Shown here: positions 1 to 13,300 of the stretch, piece by piece | Numbering within the stretch: the first letter of the stretch is position 1 | How the letters are laid out: the number at the start of each line of letters is the position of its first letter | The notes under the pieces: generated by a model | Databases searched by the model: none | The model's input: only the letters and a program-made list of their open reading frames with translations | What the model was told of the DNA's origin: nothing | Translations under genes and position numbers: made by a program | Assembly (NCBI RefSeq): GCF_009914755.1 | Contig: NC_060948.1 | Length of the DNA stretch: 64,000 nt | Origin: the human T2T-CHM13v2.0 reference genome, Homo sapiens | Direction: 5' to 3' (one strand)

Positions 1-22
1 CTCGAATGGATTCGACTGGAAT

Positions 23-37
23 GGAATGTTCTGGAAG
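23..37. promoter_or_regulatory. Perfect 3-unit heat-shock element motif (gGAAtgTTCtgGAAg), DYZ1 site A
   Basis: Matches nGAAnnTTCnnGAAn. Recurs with first GAA at 3603, 7182, 10761, 14310, 21426 and 24990; broken (GAT) at 17879. Motif only; binding is not shown. Confidence 0.55.
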
Positions 38-302
38 TGAATGGACTCCAATGGAATGGATTCAAAAGGAATGGAATCGTACGGAATGGAATCTAATGGA
101 ATGGAATTAAATGGAAATGAATCAAATTGAATAGCACGGAATTGAATTGAATGGAATGGAATGCAATGGAATCTAATGAAACGGAAAGGAAAGGAATGGA
201 ATGGAATGGAATGGGCTGGAATGGAAAGGAATCGAAACGAATGGAATGGAATCGAACTGAAGAGACTGGAATGGAATGCACTGGAATGGAAGGGAGTGTA
301 AT

Positions 303-317
303 GGAAGGTTCTCGAAA
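303..317. promoter_or_regulatory. Perfect 3-unit heat-shock element motif (gGAAggTTCtcGAAa), DYZ1 site B
   Basis: Matches nGAAnnTTCnnGAAn. Recurs at 3883, 7462, 11041, 14590, 18158, 21706 and 25270. Motif only. Confidence 0.55.
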
Positions 318-1333
318 AAAATGGAATCGAATGGAATGGAATTGAATGGAACGGAATAGAGTCGAATGGAATTGAATGGAATGGAATGGACTAGAGTGAA
401 ATGGAATTGAACCACAAGGAATGGAGAGGAATAGAATGGTCTCGAATTGAATGGAATCGTATGGAATGGCATCAAACGGAATGGAATGGACAGCCACGGA
501 ATGGAATGCACTCGAATGCAATGGAGTCGAAACTAATGGACTGGAATAGAATGGACTCGACTGGTACGGACTCCAATGGAATGGAATCGAATGGAAGGGA
601 ATCGAACGGAATGGACTCGAAGGGAAAAGACTGCAATGGAAAGGTCTCGAATGGAATGGAAATTAATGGAATGGAATGGAATCGAATGAAATGGAGTCAA
701 AAGGAATGGAATCGAATGGCAAGAAATCGAATGTAATGGAATCGCAAGGAATTGATGTGAACGGAACGGAATGGAATGGAATCCAAAGGAATGGAATAGA
801 ATGGAATGGAATCGAATGGAAAGGACTCGAATGGAAATCACTCGAATAGAATGCAATTTAATAAAATAGGATCAAATGTAATGGAACGGAATGGAAAGGA
901 ATCGAAACGAAAGGAATGGAGACAGATGGAATGGAATAGAACAGAGAGCAATGGTATAGAATGGAATGGAATCATCTGGAATGGAATTGAATGGAATGGA
1001 ATAATATGAAATGGAATGGAATGGAATGGAATGGAATGGAATGCCCTTGAATTAAATGGACTGGAATGGAATGGACTCGAACAGAGTGGAATGGAAAGTG
1101 TTGAGATAGAATGGAATGGACTCCTTTGGAATGGTGTAGTATGCAATGCAATCGACTGGCAGGGAATCAAAAGGAATGTAATCGAATGGATTGGACTGGA
1201 ATGCAATGGACTCGAATAGATTGGAAACGGAATGCAAAGGAATGGAATGGAATAGTATGGAATGGAATGGAAAGGAATGGAGTGGAATAGACTAGAGTGG
1301 AATGGAATGGACTGGAAAGCAATGGACTGGAAT

Positions 1334-1348
1334 GGAACTTTCTTGAAT
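1334..1348. promoter_or_regulatory. Perfect 3-unit heat-shock element motif (gGAActTTCttGAAt), DYZ1 site C
   Basis: Matches nGAAnnTTCnnGAAn. Recurs at 4914, 8493, 12072, 15616, 19168, 22732 and 26296. Motif only. Confidence 0.55.
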
Positions 1349-4300
1349 GGACTGGAATCAAACGGAATGGAATGCAATGCAATCAAATGGCATGGAATAA
1401 AATAGAATGAAAGAGAATCAAATGGAATTGAATCGAATGGAATCGAATGGATTGGAAAGGAATAGAATGGAATGGAATGGAATGGACTCAAATGGAATGG
1501 ACTAGAAAGGAATGGATTCGAATGGAAGGCAAAGGAATGGAATCTATTGGAATGGACTGTAATGGAATGGAATGGAAGGGATTGGAATGGACTCGAATGG
1601 AATGGACTGCAATAGAAAGGATTCGAATGGAATGAAAAAGAATTGAATGGAATAGAACAGAATGGAATCATATCGAATGAAATGGAACGGAATAGAAAGG
1701 AATGGAATGAAATGGAATGGAAAGGATTCGAATGGAATGCAATCGAATGGAATGGAATCGAACGGAATGGAATAAAATGGAAGAAAACTGGCAAGAAATG
1801 GAATCGAAATGAATGGAGTGTTATGGAACGGACTCAAAAGGAATTGAATGTAATAGAATGGAGTGGAGTGGACTCGAATATAATGGACTGGAATGGAATG
1901 AAATCACATGGAATGGGAACGAATGGAATGGAATGGAAAGGAATGGAATCGAATGGAAAGGAATCGAATGGAAGGGAATGAAATTGAATCAACAGGAATG
2001 GAAGGGAATAGAATAGACGGTAATGGAATGGACTCGAATAGAATGGACACGAATGCTCAAATTGAATGGACTCGAATGGAATGGAAACGAAAGGAATGTC
2101 ATCGAATGGAATTGAATCGATTGGAATGAAATCGCATAGAATGGAGTGGAATCAAATGGAATTGAATCGAAAGGAAAGGAAGCGAATGGACTGAAATGAA
2201 ATGGAATGGAATTGAATGGAAAGTAATGCAATGGAATAGAATGGAACGAAATTTCACGGAATGGAATCAAACTGAATGGAATCAAATCAATGGAATCTAA
2301 TCAAATGGAATGGAAAGGAATTGAATGGAGTAGATTGGATTGGATGGGATTGGAATGAAATGTACTGGAAAGGACTCGAATTTCATGAAACGGAATGGAA
2401 TGAATTGGAACGGAACGGACTCGAATGGAATGGAATGTCATGGAATGGCATCAAATGGAATGGCATCAAATGGAATGGAATCGAATGCAATGGAATGTTA
2501 TGGAATGGAATGGAATGCATTGGAATGGAATGTCCTCTAATGGAATGGATTCGAGTGGAATGGAATCGAATATAATGGAGTCGAATGAAATGGAATTGAA
2601 AGGAATGGGATCGAATAGAATGGAATATACTGGAATGTAATGTAATGAACTCGAATGTTATTGACTGGAATGGAATGTACATGAATGGAAGGTAATCGAA
2701 TGGAAAGTAATCCAATGGAATAGAATCTAATGCAATAAAATCGACTCAGATAGAGTAGAATGTAATGGAATGGAGTGCAGTGCAATGGAATGGAATGGAA
2801 TTGAATGCAATGCAATGGAATGGAATGGAATGGAATGGAATGGAATGGAATGGAATGGAATGGGATGGAATGGTATGGAATGGATAGTAATGGACTGGAG
2901 TGAAATGGACTGGAAAGGAATGGACTCAAATTGAAAGGGCTCGAAAGGAATGGAGTCAAATGGAATGGTCTGGAATGGAATGAACACGAATGTAATGCAA
3001 TCCAATAGAATGGAATCGAATGGCATGGAATATAAAGAAATGGATTCGAAGAGAATGGAAACAAATGGAATGGAATTGAATGGAATGGAATTGAATGGAA
3101 TGGGAACGAATGGAGTGAAATTGTATGCAGTAGAAGGGAATAGAATGGAATGCAAGCGAAAGGAAAGGAATGGATTGGAATGGAATGGAATTCATTGGAA
3201 TGGAAGGGAATGTAGTGTAATGGACAGGCCTGGAATAAAGTGGAATGCTACGGTCTCGAATGGAATAAAAATGTATGGAATGGAATACAAAGAAACGGAA
3301 TCGAATGTCATAGAATGTAATGGAATGCAACAAAATGGAATCCAAAATCATTGACTGGAAAGGCTGGGTGTCGAAAGGAATTGACTCCAATGGAATGGAA
3401 TCGAATGGAATGGAAGTGAATAGAATCGAACTAAATCGAATGGAATGGAATTGATAGGAACGGAATGGAAAGGAATGCAATGATTTGGCATGGAATGGAA
3501 TCGAATGGCATCGAATGGAATGGAATGGAATGCAATGGAATGGAATGTATTAGAATGTAATGAACTTTAATGGAATGTACTCGAATGGATTCGACTGGAA
3601 TGGAATGTTCTGGAAGTGAATGGACTCCAATGGAATGGATTCAAAAGGAATGGAATCGTACGGAATGGAATCTAATGGAATGGAATTAAATGGAAATGAA
3701 TCAAATTGAATAGCACGGAATTGAATTGAATGGAATGGAATGCAATGGAATCTAATGAAACGGAAAGGAAAGGAATGGAATGGAATGGAATGGGCTGGAA
3801 TGGAAAGGAATCGAAACGAATGGAATGGAATCGAACTGAAGAGACTGGAATGGAATGCACTGGAATGGAAGGGAGTGTAATGGAAGGTTCTCGAAAAAAA
3901 TGGAATCGAATGGAATGGAATTGAATGGAACGGAATAGAGTCGAATGGAATTGAATGGAATGGAATGGACTAGAGTGAAATGGAATTGAACCACAAGGAA
4001 TGGAGAGGAATAGAATGGTCTCGAATTGAATGGAATCGTATGGAATGGCATCAAACGGAATGGAATGGACAGCCACGGAATGGAATGCACTCGAATGCAA
4101 TGGAGTCGAAACTAATGGACTGGAATAGAATGGACTCGACTGGTACGGACTCCAATGGAATGGAATCGAATGGAAGGGAATCGAACGGAATGGACTCGAA
4201 GGGAAAAGACTGCAATGGAAAGGTCTCGAATGGAATGGAAATTAATGGAATGGAATGGAATCGAATGAAATGGAGTCAAAAGGAATGGAATCGAATGGCA

Positions 4301-7300
4301 AGAAATCGAATGTAATGGAATCGCAAGGAATTGATGTGAACGGAACGGAATGGAATGGAATCCAAAGGAATGGAATAGAATGGAATGGAATCGAATGGAA
4401 AGGACTCGAATGGAAATCACTCGAATAGAATGCAATTTAATAAAATAGGATCAAATGTAATGGAACGGAATGGAAAGGAATCGAAACGAAAGGAATGGAG
4501 ACAGATGGAATGGAATAGAACAGAGAGCAATGGTATAGAATGGAATGGAATCATCTGGAATGGAATTGAATGGAATGGAATAATATGAAATGGAATGGAA
4601 TGGAATGGAATGGAATGGAATGCCCTTGAATTAAATGGACTGGAATGGAATGGACTCGAACAGAGTGGAATGGAAAGTGTTGAGATAGAATGGAATGGAC
4701 TCCTTTGGAATGGTGTAGTATGCAATGCAATCGACTGGCAGGGAATCAAAAGGAATGTAATCGAATGGATTGGACTGGAATGCAATGGACTCGAATAGAT
4801 TGGAAACGGAATGCAAAGGAATGGAATGGAATAGTATGGAATGGAATGGAAAGGAATGGAGTGGAATAGACTAGAGTGGAATGGAATGGACTGGAAAGCA
4901 ATGGACTGGAATGGAACTTTCTTGAATGGACTGGAATCAAACGGAATGGAATGCAATGCAATCAAATGGCATGGAATAAAATAGAATGAAAGAGAATCAA
5001 ATGGAATTGAATCGAATGGAATCGAATGGATTGGAAAGGAATAGAATGGAATGGAATGGAATGGACTCAAATGGAATGGACTAGAAAGGAATGGATTCGA
5101 ATGGAAGGCAAAGGAATGGAATCTATTGGAATGGACTGTAATGGAATGGAATGGAAGGGATTGGAATGGACTCGAATGGAATGGACTGCAATAGAAAGGA
5201 TTCGAATGGAATGAAAAAGAATTGAATGGAATAGAACAGAATGGAATCATATCGAATGAAATGGAACGGAATAGAAAGGAATGGAATGAAATGGAATGGA
5301 AAGGATTCGAATGGAATGCAATCGAATGGAATGGAATCGAACGGAATGGAATAAAATGGAAGAAAACTGGCAAGAAATGGAATCGAAATGAATGGAGTGT
5401 TATGGAACGGACTCAAAAGGAATTGAATGTAATAGAATGGAGTGGAGTGGACTCGAATATAATGGACTGGAATGGAATGAAATCACATGGAATGGGAACG
5501 AATGGAATGGAATGGAAAGGAATGGAATCGAATGGAAAGGAATCGAATGGAAGGGAATGAAATTGAATCAACAGGAATGGAAGGGAATAGAATAGACGGT
5601 AATGGAATGGACTCGAATAGAATGGACACGAATGCTCAAATTGAATGGACTCGAATGGAATGGAAACGAAAGGAATGTCATCGAATGGAATTGAATCGAT
5701 TGGAATGAAATCGCATAGAATGGAGTGGAATCAAATGGAATTGAATCGAAAGGAAAGGAAGCGAATGGACTGAAATGAAATGGAATGGAATTGAATGGAA
5801 AGTAATGCAATGGAATAGAATGGAACGAAATTTCACGGAATGGAATCAAACTGAATGGAATCAAATCAATGGAATCTAATCAAATGGAATGGAAAGGAAT
5901 TGAATGGAGTAGATTGGATTGGATGGGATTGGAATGAAATGTACTGGAAAGGACTCGAATTTCATGAAACGGAATGGAATGAATTGGAACGGAACGGACT
6001 CGAATGGAATGGAATGTCATGGAATGGCATCAAATGGAATGGCATCAAATGGAATGGAATCGAATGCAATGGAATGTTATGGAATGGAATGGAATGCATT
6101 GGAATGGAATGTCCTCTAATGGAATGGATTCGAGTGGAATGGAATCGAATATAATGGAGTCGAATGAAATGGAATTGAAAGGAATGGGATCGAATAGAAT
6201 GGAATATACTGGAATGTAATGTAATGAACTCGAATGTTATTGACTGGAATGGAATGTACATGAATGGAAGGTAATCGAATGGAAAGTAATCCAATGGAAT
6301 AGAATCTAATGCAATAAAATCGACTCAGATAGAGTAGAATGTAATGGAATGGAGTGCAGTGCAATGGAATGGAATGGAATTGAATGCAATGCAATGGAAT
6401 GGAATGGAATGGAATGGAATGGAATGGAATGGAATGGAATGGGATGGAATGGTATGGAATGGATAGTAATGGACTGGAGTGAAATGGACTGGAAAGGAAT
6501 GGACTCAAATTGAAAGGGCTCGAAAGGAATGGAGTCAAATGGAATGGTCTGGAATGGAATGAACACGAATGTAATGCAATCCAATAGAATGGAATCGAAT
6601 GGCATGGAATATAAAGAAATGGATTCGAAGAGAATGGAAACAAATGGAATGGAATTGAATGGAATGGAATTGAATGGAATGGGAACGAATGGAGTGAAAT
6701 TGTATGCAGTAGAAGGGAATAGAATGGAATGCAAGCGAAAGGAAAGGAATGGATTGGAATGGAATGGAATTCATTGGAATGGAAGGGAATGTAGTGTAAT
6801 GGACAGGCCTGGAATAAAGTGGAATGCTACGGTCTCGAATGGAATAAAAATGTATGGAATGGAATACAAAGAAACGGAATCGAATGTCATAGAATGTAAT
6901 GGAATGCAACAAAATGGAATCCAAAATCATTGACTGGAAAGGCTGGGTGTCGAAAGGAATTGACTCCAATGGAATGGAATCGAATGGAATGGAAGTGAAT
7001 AGAATCGAACTAAATCGAATGGAATGGAATTGATAGGAACGGAATGGAAAGGAATGCAATGATTTGGCATGGAATGGAATCGAATGGCATCGAATGGAAT
7101 GGAATGGAATGCAATGGAATGGAATGTATTAGAATGTAATGAACTTTAATGGAATGTACTCGAATGGATTCGACTGGAATGGAATGTTCTGGAAGTGAAT
7201 GGACTCCAATGGAATGGATTCAAAAGGAATGGAATCGTACGGAATGGAATCTAATGGAATGGAATTAAATGGAAATGAATCAAATTGAATAGCACGGAAT

Positions 7301-10300
7301 TGAATTGAATGGAATGGAATGCAATGGAATCTAATGAAACGGAAAGGAAAGGAATGGAATGGAATGGAATGGGCTGGAATGGAAAGGAATCGAAACGAAT
7401 GGAATGGAATCGAACTGAAGAGACTGGAATGGAATGCACTGGAATGGAAGGGAGTGTAATGGAAGGTTCTCGAAAAAAATGGAATCGAATGGAATGGAAT
7501 TGAATGGAACGGAATAGAGTCGAATGGAATTGAATGGAATGGAATGGACTAGAGTGAAATGGAATTGAACCACAAGGAATGGAGAGGAATAGAATGGTCT
7601 CGAATTGAATGGAATCGTATGGAATGGCATCAAACGGAATGGAATGGACAGCCACGGAATGGAATGCACTCGAATGCAATGGAGTCGAAACTAATGGACT
7701 GGAATAGAATGGACTCGACTGGTACGGACTCCAATGGAATGGAATCGAATGGAAGGGAATCGAACGGAATGGACTCGAAGGGAAAAGACTGCAATGGAAA
7801 GGTCTCGAATGGAATGGAAATTAATGGAATGGAATGGAATCGAATGAAATGGAGTCAAAAGGAATGGAATCGAATGGCAAGAAATCGAATGTAATGGAAT
7901 CGCAAGGAATTGATGTGAACGGAACGGAATGGAATGGAATCCAAAGGAATGGAATAGAATGGAATGGAATCGAATGGAAAGGACTCGAATGGAAATCACT
8001 CGAATAGAATGCAATTTAATAAAATAGGATCAAATGTAATGGAACGGAATGGAAAGGAATCGAAACGAAAGGAATGGAGACAGATGGAATGGAATAGAAC
8101 AGAGAGCAATGGTATAGAATGGAATGGAATCATCTGGAATGGAATTGAATGGAATGGAATAATATGAAATGGAATGGAATGGAATGGAATGGAATGGAAT
8201 GCCCTTGAATTAAATGGACTGGAATGGAATGGACTCGAACAGAGTGGAATGGAAAGTGTTGAGATAGAATGGAATGGACTCCTTTGGAATGGTGTAGTAT
8301 GCAATGCAATCGACTGGCAGGGAATCAAAAGGAATGTAATCGAATGGATTGGACTGGAATGCAATGGACTCGAATAGATTGGAAACGGAATGCAAAGGAA
8401 TGGAATGGAATAGTATGGAATGGAATGGAAAGGAATGGAGTGGAATAGACTAGAGTGGAATGGAATGGACTGGAAAGCAATGGACTGGAATGGAACTTTC
8501 TTGAATGGACTGGAATCAAACGGAATGGAATGCAATGCAATCAAATGGCATGGAATAAAATAGAATGAAAGAGAATCAAATGGAATTGAATCGAATGGAA
8601 TCGAATGGATTGGAAAGGAATAGAATGGAATGGAATGGAATGGACTCAAATGGAATGGACTAGAAAGGAATGGATTCGAATGGAAGGCAAAGGAATGGAA
8701 TCTATTGGAATGGACTGTAATGGAATGGAATGGAAGGGATTGGAATGGACTCGAATGGAATGGACTGCAATAGAAAGGATTCGAATGGAATGAAAAAGAA
8801 TTGAATGGAATAGAACAGAATGGAATCATATCGAATGAAATGGAACGGAATAGAAAGGAATGGAATGAAATGGAATGGAAAGGATTCGAATGGAATGCAA
8901 TCGAATGGAATGGAATCGAACGGAATGGAATAAAATGGAAGAAAACTGGCAAGAAATGGAATCGAAATGAATGGAGTGTTATGGAACGGACTCAAAAGGA
9001 ATTGAATGTAATAGAATGGAGTGGAGTGGACTCGAATATAATGGACTGGAATGGAATGAAATCACATGGAATGGGAACGAATGGAATGGAATGGAAAGGA
9101 ATGGAATCGAATGGAAAGGAATCGAATGGAAGGGAATGAAATTGAATCAACAGGAATGGAAGGGAATAGAATAGACGGTAATGGAATGGACTCGAATAGA
9201 ATGGACACGAATGCTCAAATTGAATGGACTCGAATGGAATGGAAACGAAAGGAATGTCATCGAATGGAATTGAATCGATTGGAATGAAATCGCATAGAAT
9301 GGAGTGGAATCAAATGGAATTGAATCGAAAGGAAAGGAAGCGAATGGACTGAAATGAAATGGAATGGAATTGAATGGAAAGTAATGCAATGGAATAGAAT
9401 GGAACGAAATTTCACGGAATGGAATCAAACTGAATGGAATCAAATCAATGGAATCTAATCAAATGGAATGGAAAGGAATTGAATGGAGTAGATTGGATTG
9501 GATGGGATTGGAATGAAATGTACTGGAAAGGACTCGAATTTCATGAAACGGAATGGAATGAATTGGAACGGAACGGACTCGAATGGAATGGAATGTCATG
9601 GAATGGCATCAAATGGAATGGCATCAAATGGAATGGAATCGAATGCAATGGAATGTTATGGAATGGAATGGAATGCATTGGAATGGAATGTCCTCTAATG
9701 GAATGGATTCGAGTGGAATGGAATCGAATATAATGGAGTCGAATGAAATGGAATTGAAAGGAATGGGATCGAATAGAATGGAATATACTGGAATGTAATG
9801 TAATGAACTCGAATGTTATTGACTGGAATGGAATGTACATGAATGGAAGGTAATCGAATGGAAAGTAATCCAATGGAATAGAATCTAATGCAATAAAATC
9901 GACTCAGATAGAGTAGAATGTAATGGAATGGAGTGCAGTGCAATGGAATGGAATGGAATTGAATGCAATGCAATGGAATGGAATGGAATGGAATGGAATG
10001 GAATGGAATGGAATGGAATGGGATGGAATGGTATGGAATGGATAGTAATGGACTGGAGTGAAGTGGACTGGAAAGGAATGGACTCAAATTGAAAGGGCTC
10101 GAAAGGAATGGAGTCAAATGGAATGGTCTGGAATGGAATGAACACGAATGTAATGCAATCCAATAGAATGGAATCGAATGGCATGGAATATAAAGAAATG
10201 GATTCGAAGAGAATGGAAACAAATGGAATGGAATTGAATGGAATGGAATTGAATGGAATGGGAACGAATGGAGTGAAATTGTATGCAGTAGAAGGGAATA

Positions 10301-13300
10301 GAATGGAATGCAAGCGAAAGGAAAGGAATGGATTGGAATGGAATGGAATTCATTGGAATGGAAGGGAATGTAGTGTAATGGACAGGCCTGGAATAAAGTG
10401 GAATGCTACGGTCTCGAATGGAATAAAAATGTATGGAATGGAATACAAAGAAACGGAATCGAATGTCATAGAATGTAATGGAATGCAACAAAATGGAATC
10501 CAAAATCATTGACTGGAAAGGCTGGGTGTCGAAAGGAATTGACTCCAATGGAATGGAATCGAATGGAATGGAAGTGAATAGAATCGAACTAAATCGAATG
10601 GAATGGAATTGATAGGAACGGAATGGAAAGGAATGCAATGATTTGGCATGGAATGGAATCGAATGGCATCGAATGGAATGGAATGGAATGCAATGGAATG
10701 GAATGTATTAGAATGTAATGAACTTTAATGGAATGTACTCGAATGGATTCGACTGGAATGGAATGTTCTGGAAGTGAATGGACTCCAATGGAATGGATTC
10801 AAAAGGAATGGAATCGTACGGAATGGAATCTAATGGAATGGAATTAAATGGAAATGAATCAAATTGAATAGCACGGAATTGAATTGAATGGAATGGAATG
10901 CAATGGAATCTAATGAAACGGAAAGGAAAGGAATGGAATGGAATGGAATGGGCTGGAATGGAAAGGAATCGAAACGAATGGAATGGAATCGAACTGAAGA
11001 GACTGGAATGGAATGCACTGGAATGGAAGGGAGTGTAATGGAAGGTTCTCGAAAAAAATGGAATCGAATGGAATGGAATTGAATGGAACGGAATAGAGTC
11101 GAATGGAATTGAATGGAATGGAATGGACTAGAGTGAAATGGAATCGAACCACAAGGAATGGACAGGAATAGAATGGTCTCGAATTGAATGGAATCGTATG
11201 GAATGGCATCAAACGGAATGGAATGGACAGCCACGGAATGGAATGCACTCGAATGCAATGGAGTCGAAACTAATGGACTGGAATAGAATGGACTCGACTG
11301 GTACGGACTCCAATGGAATGGAATCGAATGGAAGGGAATCGAACGGAATGGACTCGAAGGGAAAAGACTGCAATGGAAAGGTCTCGAATGGAATGGAAAT
11401 TAATGGAATGGAATGGAATCGAATGAAATGGAGTCAAAAGGAATGGAATCGAATGGCAAGAAATCGAATGTAATGGAATCGCAAGGAATTGATGTGAACG
11501 GAACGGAATGGAATGGAATCCAAAGGAATGGAATAGAATGGAATGGAATCGAATGGAAAGGACTCGAATGGAAATCACTCGAATAGAATGCAATTTAATA
11601 AAATAGGATCAAATGTAATGGAACGGAATGGAAAGGAATCGAAACGAAAGGAATGGAGACAGATGGAATGGAATAGAACAGAGAGCAATGGTATAGAATG
11701 GAATGGAATCATCTGGAATGGAATTGAATGGAATGGAATAATATGAAATGGAATGGAATGGAATGGAATGGAATGGAATGCCCTTGAATTAAATGGACTG
11801 GAATGGAATGGACTCGAACAGAGTGGAATGGAAAGTGTTGAGATAGAATGGAATGGACTCCTTTGGAATGGTGTAGTATGCAATGCAATCGACTGGCAGG
11901 GAATCAAAAGGAATGTAATCGAATGGATTGGACTGGAATGCAATGGACTCGAATAGATTGGAAACGGAATGCAAAGGAATGGAATGGATTAGTATGGAAT
12001 GGAATGGAAAGGAATGGAGTGGAATAGACTAGAGTGGAATGGAATGGACTGGAAAGCAATGGACTGGAATGGAACTTTCTTGAATGGACTGGAATCAAAC
12101 GGAATGGAATGCAATGCAATCAAATGGCATGGAATAAAATAGAATGAAAGAGAATCAAATGGAATTGAATCGAATGGAATCGAATGGATTGGAAAGGAAT
12201 AGAATGGAATGGAATGGAATGGACTCAAATGGAATGGACTAGAAAGGAATGGATTCGAATGGAAGGCAAAGGAATGGAATCTATTGGAATGGACTGTAAT
12301 GGAATGGAATGGAAGGGATTGGAATGGACTCGAATGGAATGGACTGCAATAGAAAGGATTCGAATGGAATGAAAAAGAATTGAATGGAATAGAACAGAAT
12401 GGAATCATATCGAATGAAATGGAACGGAATAGAAAGGAATGGAATGAAATGGAATGGAAAGGATTCGAATGGAATGCAATCGAATGGAATGGAATCGAAC
12501 GGAATGGAATAAAATGGAAGAAAACTGGCAAGAAATGGAATCGAAATGAATGGAGTGTTATGGAACGGACTCAAAAGGAATTGAATGTAATAGAATGGAG
12601 TGGAGTGGACTCGAATATAATGGACTGGAATGGAATGAAATCACATGGAATGGGAACGAATGGAATGGAATGGAAAGGAATGGAATCGAATGGAAAGGAA
12701 TCGAATGGAAGGGAATGAAATTGAATCAACAGGAATGGAAGGGAATAGAATAGACGGTAATGGAATGGACTCGAATAGAATGGACACGAATGCTCAAATT
12801 GAATGGACTCGAATGGAATGGAAACGAAAGGAATGTCATCGAATGGAATTGAATGGATTGGAATGAAATCGCATAGAATGGAGTGGAATCAAATGGAATT
12901 GAATCGAAAGGAAAGGAAGCGAATGGACTGAAATGAAATGGAATGGAATTGAATGGAAAGTAATGCAATGGAATAGAATGGAACGAAATTTCACGGAATG
13001 GAATCAAACTGAATGGAATCAAATCAATGGAATCAAATCAAATGGAATGGAAAGGAATTGAATGGAGTAGATTGGATTGGATGGGATTGGAATGAAATGT
13101 ACTGGAAAGGACTCGAATTTCATGAAACGGAATGGAATGAATTGGAACGGAATGGACTCGAATGGAATGGAATGTCATGGAATGGCATCAAATGGAATGG
13201 CATCAAATGGAATGGAATCGAATGCAATGGAATGCTATGGAATGGAATGGAATGCATTGGAATGGAATGTCCTCTAATGGAATGGATTCGAGTGGAATGG

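Noticed and set aside
2293-2303. GAATCTAATCA, a 10/11 match to the DUX4 motif TAATCTAATCA
   Set aside because: The mismatch falls in the TAAT core, the site varies among units, and AATC-rich satellite yields such near-matches easily.
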